This document shows, in pieces, positions 55,800 through 64,000 of a stretch of 64,000 bases of DNA; the first letter of the stretch is position 1, and each line of letters begins with the position of its first letter. The DNA is from the human T2T-CHM13v2.0 reference genome, Homo sapiens: NCBI RefSeq assembly GCF_009914755.1, contig NC_060929.1, one strand, 5' to 3'. A program made the translations under genes and the position numbers. Below the pieces are notes generated by a model. The model was not told the origin of the DNA. It made no database searches and worked only from the letters and a program-made list of their open reading frames with translations.

Positions 55800-56124
55800 C
55801 TATCTCAAATCCAGTGGTCTGCAGCAAGAGGAAGTCACCTGAACAAATGCCCTCATAAAGCCAATTCATTACTCCATTTCACATTCCACTAATGAAAAGC
55901 CACAGGAAGACTTTTTTTTTAATCTAAATTTTGATCTCATTCAGGTCCCTCCAGCACATCTTACCTGCCCTAAATGACCCGGTATGTGGCAGACTAGTCA
56001 TACCAAAGTTGGAATACTTAGGAAGAAATTAAACCGCTGTTTGGGCCCAAACCTTAAGGCTCCTGTTCCAAATCCCTCTCCTAAAACCACCTACATCTCC
56101 CTCATTTCTCACAGCATGTCTATC

Positions 56125-56258
56125 ATTATATGTCCCTTTTGAACTGTAAACTACACAGGGCACAGATCGTATCTGTGGCTGTAAACATATTTGCCTTGGT
56201 CCCCAGCACAATGCCTGGTACGTGGGAGGTGCTTAGCAAACATTTGTTAAATGAGAAG
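56125..56258 (+). mobile_element. L2 LINE 3' end
   Basis: ccccagcacaatgcctggtacgtgggaggtgcttagcaaacatttgttaaatga. Confidence 0.8.
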
Positions 56259-56744
56259 GGGCGAGAGAGGGAAGCCTGGAGGTCAGGTGGCAGGCATCCT
56301 AGCTTGAGTTTCAGCCACACGCTGCCTCAGGAATCACGCAGCCCACTGGCAGAGTTGAGGGTTGACAGGAATTCCGAGACTGCGGTGCCTGGGGCAATGT
56401 GGTAAAAGCTATTTTTGTTTCCTCATGTCTAAACAATGACATTTGTCAATGGACATATACAGAAGTGAATTCAATCCTGGTTAGTGTGACATTCTTCTAC
56501 ACGCTGCCGGCTCTTATCTGTGTGTGTACTATAGTTCTCCTCTGTACAAAGGGGATTTAAAAAGAGGCTCTAATATCAGAGATTTTGCTCAATAACTAAA
56601 ATTATAAGTGACCTTTTTCAGAGTTCCTTTAGAGACAAAATAGCTTGTATATACAAAGTTTTGTTACCATTATATGTGTTTAGAAGTGTTTTTACCTTTG
56701 AATAATCTAAATAGTTGGCCTCTTATAATAATGATGTAAATAAT

Positions 56745-56970
56745 GAAGCAGTCAAGTGGAGCGGTTCACAGCATACATTTACAATCAAAGAGACCTGGGT
56801 TCAGACAATTTCTCAAAAATATTATGCAAGATAAAACAAGCACAAAATTGCAATCATATGATAGTATCTACCCCCACGGTATAGGTGGGAGGATTAAGTA
56901 ATTAAATATAAAAGGTTTAGAATAGTGCCTGGCACATGGTATATATAAATGCTTGCTGTTATTATTTTGC
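56745..56970 (+). mobile_element. MIR SINE
   Basis: agacctgggttca...ggaggattaagt...tttagaatagtgcctggcacatggt...aaatgcttgctgttatt. Confidence 0.75.
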
Positions 56971-59900
56971 ATTTTAAAAAAAGTCTGAGAGGGGGAGGGG
57001 CATTAAAATAAACATAAACAAGAAAAAAAATCTGAGCCCCAAAGAGATTACAAGACTTGCCCAAGCTTACACCGAAATATTCGAAGTTAAGCCTAAAACT
57101 CAAGTTTTAACCCCCACTCCCGGCAACTGTACTACATAATGCCACACAGATTATACTGTTTTTTTTTTGTTGTTTATTTTTTGTTTTTAAGTAATTCGCT
57201 TTTTTTCCTTTGCCTTTTGCATTTTACACTGAACAATAATTTCCTAGCTTTCAGGAAATAGTAATTTTTAAATGCTTACCACCTGATTATATTCATTAAA
57301 GATTTCCAAAATAGTCCCTAGTCTAGCAAAGTAGAAATCACACCATTATTATATTATTACAGAGCTGAAGAAAGAGAATATATTTCTCTTCCAAAACTTC
57401 TATGAGAGTCAATATAATTCCTATTATACTTTCTCTGCTATTTTATTATCCTTTTCTTTATTAGAGGTTTAGATTTGAAGCCACTCAAGAAAAAGGATAG
57501 GAATGGAAAGAGATTTAAATTGCTCTTTGTCCATATTAAGGCCAAAGCTTTAGCAGATAAGGGCAAAGGGAAGGTTAAGACACAATGGTCAAATGCTGTG
57601 ACCTAATTACGTCTGGACTTACTTATTTTCTTGTCCTTTCATTAATGAGAATCATCTAATTTAGACTCAGTTATCATGTAACAATAAAAGCCATATATGT
57701 TTAAACATATAGCTTTGCCTTGATGTAATTACTTTCTAAATGGGAAATATTTATGGAGCAGAATCATCCAGGCTGAATCAAAGGAAAGAGAACAAAAGAA
57801 AGTTGGTTTACATGAGGTTTTTGTTGTGTTTTTCTTTTCTTATATATGTTCTGGCACTTTTATGTTTAAGCCAAAAACTGGAGGCAGAAATGAAGAGAAT
57901 TCTACAGCCAGATGGGCGCTTAGATGACAGAATGGCAAGAAGGGATGTTTGAGATAATCTTATGTTTCAGGGAACTGACACAGTTTCGTAAATCACTGGG
58001 ATGGTGAATGGCCAGGACTAGGGCCAGATGCCCTGATTCCCTATGCAACTTTCCTTCCCCCTACCCTGGCCCCTCCCATCACCACTGCCTCTCCCACCAC
58101 TCAGCACCTTTGCAGCCCTGCTGGGTCCCATTGCCTCCAAAACCCTTCTTCATGGTAACTTCTGCTGTCTGGGGCTTTATTTTCTGATCATTCGTTGTGA
58201 CTCTTCTTCTTAAACCATCATTTGACTCTTTCATATATATCTGTCTAGCGAAAAATATACATGTATATATATTTGCAACCCTCTTAGGATATAGTATAGC
58301 AACAGGCCCATAATGAGCACTGAATATTTACTGACAGGATGAGGGAATAAATGAATTGCTCTTGATGTTTGCAGAGAGCACTCCCTAACAGTTCTCTCAT
58401 AATTTTTCTTCTCCACAATATAATTCATAACGAATGCTAACTTTACATTTTACCAAAGACCCAACTACATCTGTTTATGTTCATTTCACTACATACATGA
58501 AGTTTTAAGTCATATGCACAATCAAAAGAATATTTATATTCTCTCTGAAGGAAAATATGGTCTCAAATATAACTGTTTGAAAGTCATTCATCACATCTCT
58601 GGAAGAAGTCCTCCTATAGCCATCCTGGTGCTAGGAGTAAAATTGCTGAAAGAAAATAGAAATGTACCCTACTGCAAAGATAAACATTAAAATACACACT
58701 GATGCCTCTAGAAGAGCAATTATCCTTTGGGGAGTTTATTTGCTTTAAAAAATACTTCTTGCTGGATGCTTTCCCCCCAAATCTGAACATATGAATATAC
58801 TTTGAAACAAGGATTGGGCATAGATATTGCTTTCTTTAATATGTGTTCTGAAATTGACTAAAGGAACAGGCTGGCTGTGGGGATAATATATTCATATTGG
58901 ATCCTATCTCAAACTTGTTACTGTGAAACACTTGGTATTCTAAGAGTATTAGGGTAGTTATATAAAACTAGATTTACTCTATTTTCTCAAATGCTCCAAC
59001 ACTGAAGATTCAAGCTTCTTATGCTGAAAGTTTATTTTTAAGAGATTGCTTTTACATTAAAGGGCTAAAGAATGAATTACTTTCAACTTCAAATTTTACA
59101 TAATGCTTATCAGCCAATATACGAAGATTTTCAATTTTTACTTAAAATATTGACTATGTTATTAAAAGCAACAGGCCAATTAAGGCCTTTGAAATAATAT
59201 AAGGTACAAAAGGAGAAGAAAAGAAGAAAAATCACCTGATTCCTTAAACAAAGTAACAAAGTAACTAGTTGACAGATGAAATTTCCTCTTCTAGTTAGGT
59301 ATTATGTAGTCTCAACCATAAAGAGCAGGTGAATTTGGCTGTGTTAAAATCTAAGTAAAAAATACCTTGTTATTCACCTTTAATATTACCCACTTGTCCT
59401 TCTTTCCATTGAACTACTTGAGTCATCTCCCCCGTGCCGCTGTGAACTGTGCTCATACTTTAGCTGGCCACAAACGTTAAGTCAAGCTCTTAAATATCCG
59501 TTCTAGTTTCACATATGCTACTACCTAGCTGTGTAGCAAGGACAAGTGGCTTAACGTTGTGGTTATCAGATTCTTTATCTCTCAAAAAGGGGATGGATTA
59601 GACTTGGGCTCCTCTCCTTGCTCCCATCCCCAACTACCCTCCATATCGTACTGCAGGGACAGGCCCTCATCCATCGTAACAGCGACTTGCTTAGACAATG
59701 CATGGAGTGAGGCTCCCTGAGATCAGAATCCCAAAGGTGAGGCAGAGCCAGGAATGGCTGCATGGACCAAGCTCTAAGGATCCAGAACTAAGCCCTATAG
59801 TTCTGTAATGTGAGCGCCACCTTTACATCAGGTTCTAAAGACAATGCTCTTTTTTCAACCAACAGGCAACTACTGCTGTCTATGAGACATGAGACTTTAT

Positions 59901-60216
59901 CCATTAATTAACTATGTCTATTAAGAACAGGTACAGCAGACAGATGCTGTATAAGGGATATAATCCCTGTTCACTATCCTAGGTTCCCCAAACTCTACCT
60001 CTTTACAGGCCTGATGAGCAAATTAAGCATACCTGGACAATTTCAGTGCACAAGACAACTGAAACCTGCCTTTCCTGCTGAAATGCCTTCTAAGAATTAA
60101 CAATTTAAAGCCATGATTTTGGTCTTTACAGGGTCATTAGTAAGAAATAGCCATAAAATGCAATTTATAAAATTCAAAATAAACTCTGCTATGCTACCTG
60201 GTACCACTTGTGTTAA

Positions 60217-60560
<344 letters not shown>

Positions 60561-61564
60561 TGAAAAAAATACACTTTCATGAGAAAATTACAACTATATG
60601 AATAACCAGGTTTCCCTTTCCCCACAGCTAACAGGAGACTAAATGCCAAATTTAATGCTTAAACAGATAGTGGACATTAAGTTCTCCATAAAATATTCTC
60701 ATCTAATACATTTCTAGTTTATAATTTTTATTCCAACTGACTTTTTTTTAATGTATTTTTTCATTTACCACTTTAGACATGCCTGAAGTAAGTGAATATA
60801 TAAATATATACAGGCCAGGACAGTGTCACAGGGAAACGTAAGGAACCGAATGCAGTGTTGACTACACAGCCTCCTCCCCACTGGGGGATGGGACGCACCC
60901 TGCCACCCTTGGCAGTTGAGGTCAGGCTGACCATGAGGAAAGAAACGGTCATGTGGATTCAACTGCTGAATTCAACTAACCACACCAGCACTTCAACCCA
61001 ACTATATTCATTCATCTAGGAGTTTCTTTGAGCTCAGCAATGTTGTTTCTTGATCCTTTGACAAAATTAATGATGTAGCAATTCATTACTGACAGGGCAA
61101 AAAATTTTGCTACAATGTTTACAAGCTCTAATAAATTATGGATAATTTACCAAATTAATACCAGTGAAATGAAGCCCGCCTTTTTAGATTTTCATTTATC
61201 ATTCTACCTAGCTCTTTCCTCCCCTCCGCCCATCGTCTGTCTCTCTCTCCATCTCTCTCTCTCTCACATACAAGCAGATAGCGTCATTTTTAAGCTTATA
61301 TTTTTTCTAAAGCAGCATTCTAGGTCACTTTTTGTGAAATGAAGTTGAAAGTATTTATTAGGTTGCTTGCACCCACAGCAACAGTATTTCTGTAACAGAT
61401 TTTGACTTGAGAATCAAAGTTTGAATATAGTATAATTGGTATGTTCTAGCTTGGTCCCATGGCCCATAAAAAAAAACTAGAATTAGACATAAAGTAATGA
61501 AGGATCCTATAAAAGAAGCTGAGCATCATTTTTTAAAAAAGTTCCTAATATGTAGTAAACTCAC

Positions 61565-61637
61565 CATTGTGAATATCAAACTGTGTTGAGTACCTACTGT
61601 GCAGAAGACAGACTCCTCCATCAAGAAATTTTTAAAT
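61565..61637 (-). other. Candidate 73-nt exon ending in ATG (alternative 5' exon or non-coding exon)
   Basis: Minus strand: long pyrimidine tract ctctcttttctattttattttttgcacTAG| exon ...cacaATG|GTGAGT; in-frame upstream ATG gives MEESVFCTVGTQHSLIFTM. Confidence 0.45.
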
Positions 61638-62297
61638 CTAGTGCAAAAAATAAAATAGAAAAGAGAGCTTCCTTTTATACATTTAATATTTGGGTTTGGA
61701 AACAATATATTGGTGTATGAGCTTATAAAGCCAAATTATTCTTAGCATCCAGATAATTTCTTGTGGCAATAATGGGAACTTTTATTTATAATGTAATATT
61801 TATATTGGAACAGCCAGCATTAAATTACTGAGCTGTTTGTGTTATAAAATACACAAAAAGGAAAGGCCTCATTTTCAGAGGATTCACAAACCAACATGAA
61901 AGTCAGTGGGGTACAAAAGTAATCACCCACCAGCTCTGCAACCCTTATGATGACCATGAGAGGGATGCATGGGTTTTCTCAAAGCCATACCCAATTCTAG
62001 GGGAAGAAAACTCATTAAATAACTCCTTTGCAAAGAGCAGGGCTTAGTTAATAGTCCATGCTCTTTAAGGACCAAACCTTTAAAGAGAGATCACTCTTAT
62101 TTGCTATTTTTGAATAATTCCACACTAACAGCTTATCTCCAGCTGGCTATCTTCGGTTACATCTGACTTTCCCCAAGCACCCCACTTTCCTGCCCCATCA
62201 TTAAAACCTGGGAGTCATCTCACCACCTGCTCCTTTTGTGTTCCCTCCTGTGGTCAGATGCTTTCTTTCTCTTCCAAGTTCTTGGGACACCTACTTT

Positions 62298-62635
62298 CTT
62301 TTTATTTTATTTTTAAAAGTTATTATTATTATTATTGTCATTATTTTAAGACAGGGCCTCATTCTTTTGCCTGAGCTGGAGTACTGAGGCTCTATCATAG
62401 CTCACTGCAGCCTCCACCTCCTAGGCTCAAATGTTCCTTCTGCCTCAGCCTCCTAAGTAGCTGTGGGACAACAGGTGTGAGCCACTATGTCTGGCTAATT
62501 TTCATTTTTTGTAGAAATGGGGTCTCACTATGCTTTCTAGGCTTAGGCTGGCCTCCAGCTCCCGGCCACAAGTGATCCTCCCACCTCAGCCTCCCAAAGT
62601 GCTGGGATAACAGGCATGAGCCACTGCACCCGGCC
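62298..62635 (-). mobile_element. AluJ SINE
   Basis: atcatagctcactgcagcctccacctcctaggctcaa J-type diagnostics; diverged (TTA)n tail. Confidence 0.93.
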
Positions 62636-62639
62636 ATGC

Positions 62640-62810
62640 TTTCTTTTCCTTTCCTTGAGTCTCCTTGTATCTAAATTTACATCCCTCTTGCTTGCACTGT
62701 GGCAGCAGACTCCTAACTGGGCTTTCGGTCTCCAGTCTCACCTGACCTTAAGATTATTCTTTCTAAAGTGCAATTCTCAATTCTTTGCAGTCTTGTTCGC
62801 AAGTCATCAG
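62640..62810 (+). mobile_element. L2 LINE fragment (continues the fragment at ~62190-62290, split by the Alu)
   Basis: gcagactcctaactgggctttc...agattattctttctaaagtgcaattct. Confidence 0.55.
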
Positions 62811-62979
62811 AACCCTCCCTCTACCTTCCTGGTACAAACAACTTCTCAGTTTATCATTTGAGAACCTCCTCCTTGGGGCTACTATTTGCCTCCATCAGGT
62901 TCCCTCCCTCAGTCAAAGTGGTCTCAACTACTGTGCTCTACAAGGATTACGCCTGCTATTTTCCTCCTCAGCCTGCAGA

Positions 62980-63032
62980 GGGGATGGGCAGGGGCTGGGC
63001 AGGAGCTAGGGAGGCTGTGGGGTTGGGGAGGG
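62980..63032 (+). other. Two tandem potential G-quadruplex motifs
   Basis: GGGGatGGGcaGGGGctGGG (62980-62999) and GGGaggctgtGGGGttGGGGaGGG (63009-63032). Confidence 0.6.
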
Positions 63033-63199
63033 ACACTCTGCAGGCCTGTTGCTTCCCACCCTCCAGCAGCTGGGTCTATTTACCCAAGTGTCCAGCATAA
63101 ATCATTTTCTGGAATATGCTCCAGGCAAAGTGGCTTGACAAATTACTGTTAAAGGCAGAACTTCTTGTCTCTGTCTTGGCTCCTAGCCTTCCCTCCATT

Positions 63200-63460
63200 C
63201 TGCATTTTCAAAATCCTGCCATTTCACACCCTTCTCTCCTAAGAAATCCTTCCTGACCTTCCCGCCAACATGGGGCTTCCTCTTTCACACATATACAGCA
63301 TTTGGTATGTGCTTGATGGTATTAGTTGTATTTGCCCTGCAATTAGCGGATGATACTCTAATTGTCCTGTGTCTGTTATTAGGATGTAAAAGGTATTGTA
63401 TTCCCCAAAAGCACCTAACTCATAATACAGGTACCCAACAAATGTTTGTCAAGTGCCAAG
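63200..63460 (+). mobile_element. L2 LINE 3' region
   Basis: ccttctctcctaagaaatccttcctgacc...gtattccccaaaagcacctaac...caggtacccaacaaatgtttgtc. Confidence 0.6.
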
Positions 63461-63600
63461 ATATTGAAGAAGAAATGGCTGAAACCACAGTTGGAATACT
63501 TTATTTTGTTTTTGTTTGGGTTTTTGTTTTTTTTTTTTTTTTTTTGATCCTAACAGCCCCATCTGTAATGACCTGGGCAGGTCCCTGCAGGGCTTCTTAC

Positions 63601-63876
63601 CTGATCCTTGTCCTCTTCTAGTTTTCTCAAGGGTCCTTTTTCAGATTTAAAATTATTAATTTGTTAAGGATACATGGTAATAAACGTCAAACATTAAATT
63701 ATATCACTGTCTGATCTAAGAAGTCTTTAACTAGCTGAATGGGTTCCATAAATTCTGACTCTAAGAACTGAACATAAAGAGTTCCAACTTTTCATTCTTA
63801 GTAATCTTACCACATACCCTCAGCGTGTGTGCTTGGCCAGTAAGTAAGTTGTATGTGACCTTTTCAGGGATTTGTG
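63601..63876 (-). other. Candidate non-coding exon with strong donor
   Basis: Donor CAG|GTAAGA (+ TCTTAC 63595-63600); possible acceptor ttccagttttccatctttTAG (63877-63878); 5' boundary uncertain. Confidence 0.3.
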
Positions 63877-64000
63877 CTAAAAGATGGAAAACTGGAACTA
63901 TTCTAGCAAACGTGAAGACCAATAATATGATATCATTCCAAAATAAAGCCATAAAGAAAGTCCACGCTGGAACTAATTGGCACCAACCAGGAAGTGTGAT

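Overview
Simian-primate (human-like) genomic DNA: it contains AluJ/AluS SINEs, a MER41B LTR and a FAM monomer. The window is AT-rich and CpG-poor, with no CpG island. I see no recognisable protein-coding exon, tRNA, rRNA or CRISPR array, and the supplied ORFs are mostly Alu-derived, microsatellite-derived or chance frames. The region looks like part of a large intron. Most LTR and L1 fragments lie on + and the best splice signals lie on -, so a minus-strand host gene is likely (inference; I cannot name the gene). It has many old MIR/L2/CR1/DNA-transposon relics, very little L1, and long repeat-poor blocks with transcription-factor motifs. The main points for follow-up are: (1) a solo MER41B LTR keeping both STAT (GAS) motifs but apparently missing its AATAAA; (2) several post-insertion Alu rearrangements (a three-arm Alu carrying a copy of its neighbour, an inverted poly(A) tail, a fold-back replacement, two deletion junctions); (3) candidate minus-strand exons, notably a 73-nt exon ending in ATG|GTGAGT; (4) two perfect PBX-PREP/MEIS decamers. 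I found no evidence for a new multi-gene system. Repeat subfamily names come from my memory of consensus sequences, and boundaries of old repeats are approximate.
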